Source of the DNA: Pyrobaculum aerophilum str. IM2
Lineage (GTDB): Archaea; Thermoproteota; Thermoprotei; Thermoproteales; Thermoproteaceae
Direction: 5' to 3'
Length of the DNA stretch: 32,000 bases
Assembly: GCF_000007225.1 (NCBI RefSeq)
Contig: NC_003364.1
Coordinates: 1,320,001 to 1,352,000, forward strand
Within the stretch, counting starts at the first letter, position 1. Every line of letters starts with the position of its first letter. The notes under the pieces are model-generated. The model had not been told where the DNA came from, made no database searches, and saw only the letters and a list, made by a program, of their open reading frames with translations. This document shows positions 1 through 7,967 of this stretch, piece after piece. The translations under genes were made by a program, and so were the position numbers.

Positions 1-527
1 GAGGTGCCTTGTTTGCAGACGAAGAGAGCAGGCGGGAGTTTGCCGCATCTCTATCCACTTATTCCGCCATGGTTTTTGCAGTAATTGAGGGGATTACTCC
101 CAATTGGCGCCAGTATTTAGAAATTGCCGACTTCCGGGACAAATTCAAGATAGATTCCAGGGACATATCAAGTTATTTAAAAGACGCGGAGACGCCCGAC
201 GTAATATACTTCGGCTGCCCATTTGCTGATATCGATACTGTGTTGTGGGTGTTGAGTGAAGTGAAAAAGAGGGGGCCTGCCAGGAGGCCGATATACATTT
301 CCACGTCCCCCGGCGTGTATGGACAGATAAGAAAACTCGCGGATGAGATGAGGGAGTACAACGTGAATATATTCTCGGGGTCGTGTTTAGTAGTCTCGCC
401 GTATACTAGGAATTTTAAAGTCGTTGCGACAGATTCGCTTAAGGCGGCTTTTTACATACCTAGATTACATGGAGTAAGAGTAGTCCCGTGTAGACGTATG
501 GGATGTCTAGAGTTGGCATATGCTTAA
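1..527 (+). CDS. Aconitase-X / phosphomevalonate dehydratase large subunit (DUF521-like), C-terminal fragment entering from the left edge
   Basis: The frame is open from nt 3, with no stop upstream of the TTG listed at nt 9, so the gene is 5'-truncated by the window. Its stop overlaps (ATGCTTAA, 520-527) the start of a DUF126-type swivel-domain protein, which is the canonical large+small subunit arrangement. The family call for this fragment rests mainly on that pairing. Confidence 0.55.
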   Translation, partial: GALFADEESRREFAASLSTYSAMVFAVIEGITPNWRQYLEIADFRDKFKIDSRDISSYLKDAETPDVIYFGCPFADIDTVLWVLSEVKKRGPARRPIYISTSPGVYGQIRKLADEMREYNVNIFSGSCLVVSPYTRNFKVVATDSLKAAFYIPRLHGVRVVPCRRMGCLELAYA

Positions 528-870
528 GCCCTTAGTGAAAGGGAGGGGGCGCGTAAGGGCCGAAGTGGTAAAAATAACATCGCCTGTGTCGTTGCTGGGG
601 GACTTGGATCCTGAGGCCGGCAAGCTGGCTGGCGTTGACGTAGTTGGGAAAATTGCCGCGTTGCCGTATGTCAAGGGCTCTACAGTGGGGCCTTATGTGT
701 TGTGGGGCGCGGCGAGGAGGGGAAAGGCGCCCTTAGCCATAGTGGCTCAAAAACCCGATTTAATGCTAATTTCCGCCTGCGTCCTCGCAGGTATTCCGCT
801 TTTTCAAGGCGTTCTTGAAGAGGGGTGTGTTAATATAGATCTTGAAACTGGGGCGTATGACAAGTGTTGA
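520..870 (+). CDS. Aconitase-X swivel-domain small subunit (DUF126-like; phosphomevalonate dehydratase small subunit of the archaeal modified mevalonate pathway)
   Basis: 116 aa. The pattern ...SLLGDLDPEAGKL...GKIAALPYVKGSTVGPYVLW...KAPLAIVAQKPD...GIPLF matches my memory of the DUF126 family signature (G-K-I-x-x-x-P-x-x-K-G-S-T, AP-x-A-I). It is translationally coupled to the upstream gene. Confidence 0.65.
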   Translation: MLKPLVKGRGRVRAEVVKITSPVSLLGDLDPEAGKLAGVDVVGKIAALPYVKGSTVGPYVLWGAARRGKAPLAIVAQKPDLMLISACVLAGIPLFQGVLEEGCVNIDLETGAYDKC

Positions 871-1150
871 GAGGGACATTGCGGCTAGATTGGCGTTATT
901 AATGTTAGAAGAACTCGCATTGAGAAAAAACGGCAAGATAAAGGACAAGTATTGGAAAACTTATAGAATGGTTGTGTTTTGGCTAGGTAAAGAGGTAGCC
1001 GATGGAATTGTGAGGAAATTAATTGAGGGAGGGTTTATTAAAATAGAGGGTAAGTATATAGTCTTAGTAAAGCGTTTTTCCCACGGCAAGTCGCTTAACG
1101 CTATTCTGAGGGAGGCCTACAACCTCCTCTCCACTGGAATAAGGCGATAA
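857..1150 (+). CDS. Small hypothetical protein, possible winged-helix DNA-binding fold
   Basis: ORF 842-1150. I prefer the ATG at 857 (MTSVERD...), which overlaps the upstream stop by 14 nt. It is helical and basic with a ...GGFIKIEGKYIVLV... beta-hairpin-like wing. No family was recognised. The 3' end overlaps the convergent AGOG gene by 50 nt. Confidence 0.45.
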   Translation: MTSVERDIAARLALLMLEELALRKNGKIKDKYWKTYRMVVFWLGKEVADGIVRKLIEGGFIKIEGKYIVLVKRFSHGKSLNAILREAYNLLSTGIRR

Positions 1151-1871
1151 CCTCTTTAGGCACGCCGTGGAGGTTTTCACCATAGAGCACTGCCCTGCCA
1201 GCTAGCCACAATAGAGTATCTAAGTGTAGAGGGGGGATGCCGGTCTCCCTCGCCACGGCATCCCATATTTTTTGCACTGCCTCATAGCGGCGTAAGGCTT
1301 CCTCGGGGGGAAAATCTATTAGGCCTGCGCACCAAGTAAGACGGGCGACTCTGTAGTCAACGGGTATGGGGATGTCAAACGGCAAGACTCTATTAACGCC
1401 TCTACTACACATATAGGCATAGTTCAGTATTTTTATCGTGAAAACCAAGGTCTTTTGCTCGCGTCTGGCTCCTACAATGTGCGAAAGTTGGCGTAGTGTA
1501 AGACCTAGGTCTTCAAGATTTGGCACATAGTCGCATGCCTTCAATGCCCTCTTCTTCCTGGCCTCCACGCCAATTTTAAGAAAAGGGCTTGTCTCTATGT
1601 ACTTAAGGAAATCTCTGCACAAGTCTATAACTTCCAGCTGGGAGAAATACTTCCCAAAATACTCCCAATGCTCCTCCCCCTTACCAGTGAGTCTATAACT
1701 TATTAACGCGTTTAACATAGCTAGCCTTGATCCCACAGTCTCTCCGTGTCTTTTTACGACGTTGCATACGGCGCGGTATTGCGGGTCGCGCCTTTCTAAC
1801 TTCAAAACCTCCTCTATGCCCAAACGTCTTAACGTCTCAATTACTCTTTTTAATTGCGACTCTGCGGCCAT
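1101..1871 (-). CDS. agog: AGOG-type 8-oxoguanine DNA glycosylase/AP lyase (archaeal GO glycosylase, HhH superfamily)
   Basis: 256 aa. The sequence (MAAESQLKRVIETLRRLGIEEV...GARREQKTLVFTIKILNYAY...PIPVDYRVARLT...) matches my memory of Pyrobaculum aerophilum Pa-AGOG, which is also 256 aa. The start overlaps the PriL stop by 35 nt. Confidence 0.85.
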   Translation of the reverse strand: MAAESQLKRVIETLRRLGIEEVLKLERRDPQYRAVCNVVKRHGETVGSRLAMLNALISYRLTGKGEEHWEYFGKYFSQLEVIDLCRDFLKYIETSPFLKIGVEARKKRALKACDYVPNLEDLGLTLRQLSHIVGARREQKTLVFTIKILNYAYMCSRGVNRVLPFDIPIPVDYRVARLTWCAGLIDFPPEEALRRYEAVQKIWDAVARETGIPPLHLDTLLWLAGRAVLYGENLHGVPKEVIALFQWRGGCRPPSE

Positions 1872-2886
1872 ATTGTAGTGGGTTCTTTACTCCACAGCCG
1901 AGATTTGTAGGGCACAGCCCCCAAGAGTTCATAGTTTCACAATTTGGCACGGCGTATTCCTTCCTCCCGCCGACTTGTCCCGCTATATGTTGTACTTGGT
2001 AACGGGTGATTTTCTCATTAAAATCGGGAGATGTACGAAAGAGATCTACTATTTGCTCTACCTCCCAGCCCTTGTGTAATAAATAAGTCGCTATAGCAAA
2101 CCTCGCCGCGTGGGGGAGATTTTCGCCGGCTTTTAAGGCGTCTAATATGGCTTTCATGCACGGGGGATCTGGCCCCTCAGTTGATAGCTTTGTGATGTTA
2201 ACAGGCCTTTGTGCGTATTTTCTCAACAAATCCTCTATAAGCGACATGTCTATTGACGCTGAGACTCTGCCCACAGCGAGTTCGTTTTCACTTGCTATTC
2301 TCAGAATTTGTTCTTCGTACGCCTCTTCAAGTATTCTCTCAAAGTCGTCAAGAGGGAGGATTACCCACCCCTTGACGACGACTCGATTAATCATTGCCCA
2401 AAACGGGTCTGGAGGCGCATATCTCAAGTAAGAAGTCCACTTAATTGCGACCGGCGTTTTAAACGCGGCGTTGATTATGCCCGTCACGACGTCTTGAGCG
2501 GGTTTTGCGATTATCCCAAGATCTTTCCCTATTTCGATTTTACAGTTCAAATTTTGAATGCCTGGAGTTTTCCTCAGCGTTTCTGAGAAATTCTTACTTT
2601 CGCTGTCGGCAAACCTCTTTAAGATATAATTGTTTTTCGTAGCTGCGGCGATATATAACGCAAGTCTGGCCGCTACGGCCTCTTCTTCAGGCGAGTCTAG
2701 ACACAGCCTGAGGTTGTAAGGCTCGCGGGACAGCGACTTCCTCAGCCTCGCTATAGATCTCTCAATTAGGCTCTTGTCTTGTAACACTATATCTAAGACG
2801 AATCCTCTTTTCGAAAGGTAAGAGGACGATTTGTTCAGAAATGGAAAGTAACACGCAAGTTCTCTACTCGACACATCACAAGTCAC
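1837..2886 (-). CDS. priL: DNA primase large (regulatory) subunit PriL
   Basis: 349 aa. The C-terminal Fe-S domain pattern is PPCM...LPHAARFAIATYLL..W..E.I..LF...PDFNEKITRYQVQHIAG..GGRKEY.VPNC..M...GLCP...C, which is characteristic of archaeal/eukaryotic primase large subunits. Confidence 0.85.
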   Translation of the reverse strand: MTCDVSSRELACYFPFLNKSSSYLSKRGFVLDIVLQDKSLIERSIARLRKSLSREPYNLRLCLDSPEEEAVAARLALYIAAATKNNYILKRFADSESKNFSETLRKTPGIQNLNCKIEIGKDLGIIAKPAQDVVTGIINAAFKTPVAIKWTSYLRYAPPDPFWAMINRVVVKGWVILPLDDFERILEEAYEEQILRIASENELAVGRVSASIDMSLIEDLLRKYAQRPVNITKLSTEGPDPPCMKAILDALKAGENLPHAARFAIATYLLHKGWEVEQIVDLFRTSPDFNEKITRYQVQHIAGQVGGRKEYAVPNCETMNSWGLCPTNLGCGVKNPLQYGRRVAIKKSN

Positions 2887-2917
2887 ATATTATTATAGTT
2901 GGCATATTTAAGCCACG

Positions 2918-4021
2918 TCACATATGGAGACTTAAAAGATCTACTGTAAGCGTCAGCTCTCTGTACTTACCGCCAGTTATTTTAGCTATTTGTCTTAAGA
3001 GCTGGCTTTTCTCCGTGGCCACTACGTGTATTCTTTTAAATCTACGGGAGAGTTGTAACACTTTCTCAGAATCGCTTGTCCTTCCGTCTGAGATTATGAC
3101 TACATCGCCCCGCGCGCCGTAATAATGGAGAAGCTCTAATGCAGAGGCCAGCTCTGTGCCGCCCATGGCGTATACATATCGTAATATCTCTAACATCTCG
3201 CGTAAATATCTATGTGCGGGATGAGGAGTCCATAAAAAATCCGCGTTTACGTTAAATAAAACTAGCGACACAGAGCCGCGTAAACTCGCCATTTGGCGTA
3301 AATACCTCGCTATAACGGCCTTTGCCACTCTAAGCTTAGTGGCCCTTCCCATGTACTCCTTCATTGAGCCAGACACGTCGAGGGCTACGTATACTGGTTT
3401 GTCTATGACATAGGTATACTCGTGGAGATAGAAGTCGTCGTCTGAAATAGCCTTACCTTGAATTGACTTCCTCGTAATAGATGTAGCGGTCCGAATCATG
3501 TCAATATCTGCGATTGAGGCATTGGGGTAATACCTCTTTATCCCCCTCACGGCGGACTTAACTGAAATTAATCCCTCGCCTCGGGCGGAAATTTTGTTTT
3601 TAAACTCCTCAATGGCCTCGGCGGGCAGGCCTAGCCTTTTTATTACGTTGAGTTTAACCCGCGGAGTGGCATCTACGGGGACGTGTTTATTAACTAAATG
3701 CGCAAGAGTCGGCGCCTTCTCATCTCCTATAGATCCAGTTGGGAGCGACATGGAGACCTCCTTGGCATAGGTACCGGCGCATAAAATGCCGGCTTCAACA
3801 ATCCGCTTGGCCTCGCTGGGCGTCACGCCGAGAAAGCCCGCCAAATTCTGCGCAATGATTTCTAACAGCTTATTCTCATCCACCTCACCTAAATGAGATC
3901 TCGCGTAAACGTCGGCGACAGCATATATCAAACTGCGCAGAGAAACTCCGTCTAAACAATCACTAAGCGTTAAAATGAGCTCAACTAAGTCATTCATGGA
4001 GAGATTTATCAAAAATTTCAA
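2918..4021 (-). CDS. von Willebrand factor A (VWA) domain protein, partner of the MoxR ATPase
   Basis: 367 aa. A MIDAS-type motif (VALDVSGSM), then GGTELASALELL and VVIISDGRTSD lie in the C-terminal half. The ORF overlaps the MoxR gene by 32 nt, or 8 nt if the internal ATG at 3997 is the start. Confidence 0.8.
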   Translation of the reverse strand: MKFLINLSMNDLVELILTLSDCLDGVSLRSLIYAVADVYARSHLGEVDENKLLEIIAQNLAGFLGVTPSEAKRIVEAGILCAGTYAKEVSMSLPTGSIGDEKAPTLAHLVNKHVPVDATPRVKLNVIKRLGLPAEAIEEFKNKISARGEGLISVKSAVRGIKRYYPNASIADIDMIRTATSITRKSIQGKAISDDDFYLHEYTYVIDKPVYVALDVSGSMKEYMGRATKLRVAKAVIARYLRQMASLRGSVSLVLFNVNADFLWTPHPAHRYLREMLEILRYVYAMGGTELASALELLHYYGARGDVVIISDGRTSDSEKVLQLSRRFKRIHVVATEKSQLLRQIAKITGGKYRELTLTVDLLSLHM

Positions 4022-4958
4022 GTAATGTGTTTTTAACCTCGGGATCGTAAGGCAAATTAGACGACAGGGCTTTTCTTAAATCGCGGATTCCCACCTCTTT
4101 ACGCTGAGACCACGCCATTGCTGCGGCATCAGCCAATGCGTAGCTTAAAGATCTCACAGACTGTGGATACCCCGCCTTCACGGCCTCGTGGGCAAATTTG
4201 GCAAGTATGTCGGCAAGGCGTGGGGGTATCTCCACTTCTAACTCGCCCAGTGCCTCTTTTGCCTTCCAGATGAGTATAGATCTGAGGAGTTCTCTGCTTG
4301 GAATTTTCACCTCTACGAACTTCATTCTATCTGCGAGGGCTTCAGTAAGTTCATACACCCCCTCATACTCAGCGGGATTCGCCGTTCCTATCAGGGCGAA
4401 ATCCGTTCGAATTCTATACCCTCTTATGTAGACGTAGTGTTCTTGTATGGCTTGTAATAATGCCGCCTGAGCATAGGGATTGAGTCTATTTATCTCGTCC
4501 ATTATTAAAACAGAGCCGTGGGCCATGACTAAAGGGCCTGGTATATAAGAGAGCGGGTGGTCAAAACCTGCTTGTAACACCACTGCGATGTCGATATCCC
4601 CCGTTAAATCTACTGCAGTCATATGGGAGTGACAAGCGACCTCCACATAAGGCGGGTCGCTGATGGCGAGGACCTCGGCTAAAGTCTCTGCCAGAGTCGT
4701 CTTTCCGAGACCTACAGGGCCTATTAATACCACAGGCCTGCCAATCATAATGCCGCTCAAAACGTCTAAGACGACGTCATCAAGCCCTTTTAGGACTTTG
4801 CCGATTTTAGCCGTAATTTCATCTACGCCGATTTTCCTTACTCTATCTCGTACAATTTTTGCCACTTCTATTGGCTTTCGTTGCAACAGCTCAGATAAGC
4901 GCACGTATATACACGGTAGATTATTTAAAAGGATATACAGGAGGCGGGTTGAGAACAC
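3990..4958 (-). CDS. MoxR-family AAA+ ATPase
   Basis: 322 aa. Walker A is LIGPVGLGKTTLA and Walker B is VLIMDEINR. The following NPYAQAALLQAIQE...ANP pattern is typical of the MoxR/RavA clade. GTG start. Confidence 0.85.
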   Translation of the reverse strand: MFSTRLLYILLNNLPCIYVRLSELLQRKPIEVAKIVRDRVRKIGVDEITAKIGKVLKGLDDVVLDVLSGIMIGRPVVLIGPVGLGKTTLAETLAEVLAISDPPYVEVACHSHMTAVDLTGDIDIAVVLQAGFDHPLSYIPGPLVMAHGSVLIMDEINRLNPYAQAALLQAIQEHYVYIRGYRIRTDFALIGTANPAEYEGVYELTEALADRMKFVEVKIPSRELLRSILIWKAKEALGELEVEIPPRLADILAKFAHEAVKAGYPQSVRSLSYALADAAAMAWSQRKEVGIRDLRKALSSNLPYDPEVKNTLLEIFDKSLHE

Positions 4959-4989
4959 AATTAAAAACTAACAGTGTTGACAACTACGT

Positions 4990-6267
4990 ATGTCAATACG
5001 CGTTTTAAAAGCCGGCGATGTATACAGAATAGAGGGCCCCGCCAAAGTGGTGGTGAGAAGGGGACAAGTCTATGCAACAGGCGTTGTCTATACAGAGGGG
5101 CAGAGTTTCACAGTGCTCAGAGCTCGCAGGCTTGTAATAAAGGCGTTGTCCGAGTCAGAGGTGGAGCTCGTGTTAGGGCCGGGGGCGTTGTTAGAAAGGG
5201 TAGATCCCAGAGAGGAGATTATTGACGAATGGGAAAGCAAAACTGCAAGCATAGATCCGAAAGGGGTTATAGTGATAGTGGGGATGATTGACGTGGGGAA
5301 GTCCACAATGACTGCCATGTTAGGCAATAAGGCGCTTGCTCGGGGTTACAAAGTGGCTATAATAGACGCTGACGTGGGCCAAAACGACTTGGGCCCTCCT
5401 ACTACAGTTTCATTGGCGAGGCTCACTAAGTATATTACTCATCTTCGGCAACTAGTGGCTGAGAAAAGCATTTTTCTCCAAGCTACAAGCTTAGAGCGCA
5501 TCTGGCCGCGGGCAATTGAACAAATAGCAAGGGCTGTAGATTTCGCAAAGAGATCGTGGCAAGTAGACACCATTATACTTAATACTGACGGCTGGGTGCT
5601 CGACGAAGAAGCAGTCGTATTTAAGCGTAGGCTAATAGATGTAATTAAGCCGTCGTTAATAATCGCAATTCAAGTGGAGAAGGAATTGGCCCCCGTGCTT
5701 GACGGGTATAACAACGTAGTAGTACTCCCCCCGCCTCCCCAAGTCAGGTCCCGGTCGCGGGAGGACAGGAAAATACACAGGGAAATGGGGTACGGACGCT
5801 ATATATTTCCCCCAGTGGAGCTGGCTATACCTCTTGATAAAATACCAATATGCAATTTACCTATTTTTAAGGGCATTGAAATAGGCGATGAGCTTAAGAG
5901 AATTCTCGCCAGGGCTATAGGCACGGGAGTTTTAAAGGCATATCAAGTGGGCAATAGAGTATACGCTATAATTGAAAACGACGCCTGGGTGGTGAGAAGA
6001 GTCAGCGGTTTCCAAGTAATTGGATTACCAATAGATTTTGAAAAAGGACTGCTTGTAGGGCTTGAAGACGCTGAACACTTCCTAGTTGGGCTAGGCGTGA
6101 TGAAGCGAATATATTATGATCGGAGAAAGGCCATAATATATACATCTAGTGAGGTTGAGAGAAGAATAGGAGAGGTAAAATGCATCAGACTGGGCTTAGT
6201 GAGGCTGGACGATAACTTCAACGAGGTAGAAAAAGCGTATAGTCTGCTGAAGGTCGAGCACGAATAG
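4990..6267 (+). CDS. Clp1/Grc3-like polynucleotide 5'-hydroxyl kinase
   Basis: 425 aa. The P-loop is VGMIDVGKSTM, followed by IIDADVGQNDLGPP, the paired signature of the Clp1 kinase family. A TATA-like AATTAAAAAC lies about 25 nt upstream of the ATG. Confidence 0.75.
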   Translation: MSIRVLKAGDVYRIEGPAKVVVRRGQVYATGVVYTEGQSFTVLRARRLVIKALSESEVELVLGPGALLERVDPREEIIDEWESKTASIDPKGVIVIVGMIDVGKSTMTAMLGNKALARGYKVAIIDADVGQNDLGPPTTVSLARLTKYITHLRQLVAEKSIFLQATSLERIWPRAIEQIARAVDFAKRSWQVDTIILNTDGWVLDEEAVVFKRRLIDVIKPSLIIAIQVEKELAPVLDGYNNVVVLPPPPQVRSRSREDRKIHREMGYGRYIFPPVELAIPLDKIPICNLPIFKGIEIGDELKRILARAIGTGVLKAYQVGNRVYAIIENDAWVVRRVSGFQVIGLPIDFEKGLLVGLEDAEHFLVGLGVMKRIYYDRRKAIIYTSSEVERRIGEVKCIRLGLVRLDDNFNEVEKAYSLLKVEHE

Positions 6268-6299
6268 CGAGAAAAACTTATAACTGAGGAGTATATTCG

Positions 6300-6360
6300 C
6301 AATAAATGAGCGGAGCGGGCAGCCCCTGAATATAATGAGGACACCATCTCAAGGCGATTA
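6300..6360 (+). ncRNA. Candidate C/D-box sRNA with non-canonical terminal boxes
   Basis: C-like AUGAGCG is at 6306-6312, a 13-nt spacer follows, and D' CUGA is at 6326-6329. After a 5-nt spacer comes C' AUGAGGA at 6335-6341, then a 12-nt spacer and D-like GCGA at 6354-6357. C positions 5-6 (GC) can pair with D positions 1-2 (GC), which preserves the K-turn stem. A TATA-like CTTATAAC lies about 24 nt upstream. The element fills the 90-nt gap between convergent genes. Confidence 0.4.
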
Positions 6361-7122
6361 TACGTTAATAATGTCACTTAATAAGCCCACGAAGGTGAAG
6401 TCTGGGAGGTATATCTCAACGTTATCCGGGTTCCACTCAACGTATTTTAGGAACGTGCGCCCCTCGGCGGCTAATTGAGGTATTTCCCTCACGTCGACCC
6501 CTGTTATTAACGGATGGCTGGCCGGGAGTACGACGACTTTTAATCTTCCCCGTCTTTTACAGGGCTCATCGTACAACGCCTTGCAGATTTTGGCGCGAGA
6601 AGTGGTGATTTTAAGTATAGCTGGCTCTTTAACTGCGTATCCAAGCTCATCCCGTATGACTACAGCTGGGTGTGTGTGTCCCATGACTACAGTGTCTGCC
6701 TTCTCTAAGTCCTCTTTGGTAGGTTTAACGTGTCCGTGGAAGAGGAGGAATTTCTTAATGAGAATCCCCCTAGTTGGCGCAATTTCCACGCCCTCTATAC
6801 CATTAGCTATCTCGTGAAGAAGAGAGTCGTGGTTTCCCGGGATTAAAATTAGCGGTGCCTTCTTGGCAACGGCCTTTAAGAACATCCTCACTTCCTCGGC
6901 GCTTTCGCGGGGCACTGGAAGCTCGTGTTTAACGTCGCCTAGTATCACCACAGAAGTGGCGCCGTAGTAATCAACCAGCTCCACAACGCCGTTTATAAGC
7001 CTCTGCGTCTGGCTCATTACGTTTATTCCCTTTACCCTTCTCAGTTCCACTTCATAACCTACGTGCGTGTCCGCTAGTAACAAGATTTTTTCACGGCGGA
7101 GTGGCAACAAGATGCCGCGCAC
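6358..7122 (-). CDS. Calcineurin-like metallophosphoesterase (ICC/MJ0037-like)
   Basis: 254 aa carrying all the phosphoesterase motifs: LLADTHVG, ILGDVKHE, IPGNHD, LFHGH and MGHTHP. The listed GTG start overlaps the upstream ParA-like gene by 49 nt. An internal TTG around 7083 just before ...LLLADTH would reduce the overlap to 10 nt. Confidence 0.8.
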   Translation of the reverse strand: MRGILLPLRREKILLLADTHVGYEVELRRVKGINVMSQTQRLINGVVELVDYYGATSVVILGDVKHELPVPRESAEEVRMFLKAVAKKAPLILIPGNHDSLLHEIANGIEGVEIAPTRGILIKKFLLFHGHVKPTKEDLEKADTVVMGHTHPAVVIRDELGYAVKEPAILKITTSRAKICKALYDEPCKRRGRLKVVVLPASHPLITGVDVREIPQLAAEGRTFLKYVEWNPDNVEIYLPDFTFVGLLSDIINV

Positions 7123-7652
7123 GCTCCATTAGCTTTCTGAGTTTTAATATTTCCAGCCTCTCTAAATATCTCAACGGCGGCTTTCGCCATATCAATAGTA
7201 GCCATTGATCGAATTTTGTAGGGTGGAATGCCGACGGCTCTATGAACTGCCATCTCTTCATCAAAGCGCACTATATAAACCTCGCCCAGTTTGCTGTACA
7301 GCTTTACAAACTCTTTACTGGGCCGTCTGACGATTTTATTCACGACGACGCCTAACACCTCTTTTCTAGCCAATGTGTGTATCAGCTCTACCGCCGCCAG
7401 GGTCTGGTAATCCTCGTCCACGACATATACAAGCGCATTGCAACGCAACAGCGCTTCTAAATGGCGCTTGTCGTTAAGAGTAAAGGCGGGGAAGTCAATA
7501 ACAGACATGCCGTTGTTGACAGACTTGGCAAACGGCTTCGTGAGGGCCACAGGCGCTCCTAATGCCTTCCATACATAGGCGAGTATTTCAGCGAAAGTAG
7601 TCTTACCGGTTCCGCCCTTGGAGCCGCTGGTGATACAAATTTTCACACTCAC
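7074..7652 (-). CDS. Small ParA/MinD-family P-loop ATPase
   Basis: 192 aa. It has the deviant Walker A with signature lysine (SGSKGGTGKTT) and downstream VIDFPA / VYVVDED aspartate motifs. GTG start, with a TATA-like CTTTTATAGG about 30 nt upstream on the minus strand. Confidence 0.75.
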   Translation of the reverse strand: MSVKICITSGSKGGTGKTTFAEILAYVWKALGAPVALTKPFAKSVNNGMSVIDFPAFTLNDKRHLEALLRCNALVYVVDEDYQTLAAVELIHTLARKEVLGVVVNKIVRRPSKEFVKLYSKLGEVYIVRFDEEMAVHRAVGIPPYKIRSMATIDMAKAAVEIFREAGNIKTQKANGACAASCCHSAVKKSCY

Positions 7653-7967
7653 ATCACAGATATTAAGCCACCTATAGGTGCCTATAAAAGAATATTGAAA
7701 TGTGGAGAGGGAATTTCTAGAAGGGTATATAGATTTGGCGGAGTATGCGAGAATTTACTATTTAACGAAGCGAAATCCCCTACTCCGCATTCCTCCTGTA
7801 CTGTCTTTATACCTTAGGCTCTTCTCCCGAAAATATCGCCGTATGGAGGCGCGTACGTGAGTGTAGAACGCCAATGTGGCGTTCATCTGTGCCCGAAGTT
7901 TGGCGACGCGCGAAAACAGCGTCCTCGACGTAATTTCATTTTTAATATAGTGCTAGATAGAGGAAAT

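Noticed and set aside
4974-5225. 83-aa alternative-frame ORF at the start of the Clp1-like gene, and the many 60-130-aa antisense or off-frame ORFs in the track (for example 173-361, 2147-2431, 9201-9581, 11362-11751, 19823-20209, 26234-26557)
   Set aside because: Each is nested within a longer ORF that has recognisable motifs. Their products are low-complexity (S/L/P/R-rich) and lack promoter boxes.
6097-6140. GUGAUGA followed 12 nt later by AUGA inside the Clp1-like gene, plus similar RUGAUGA strings at 8876, 21244, 23164 and 25554
   Set aside because: No C'/D partner boxes occur at the required spacing, and all except 21244 lie inside well-supported coding sequence.
7857-7967. N-terminal 37-aa extension of the GNAT acetyltransferase
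   Set aside because: The extension (MSVERQCGVHLCPKFGDARKQRPRRNFIFNIVLDRGN) has no counterpart in GNAT/RimI proteins. The TATA-like box lies inside it, about 25 nt upstream of the GTG at 7968.
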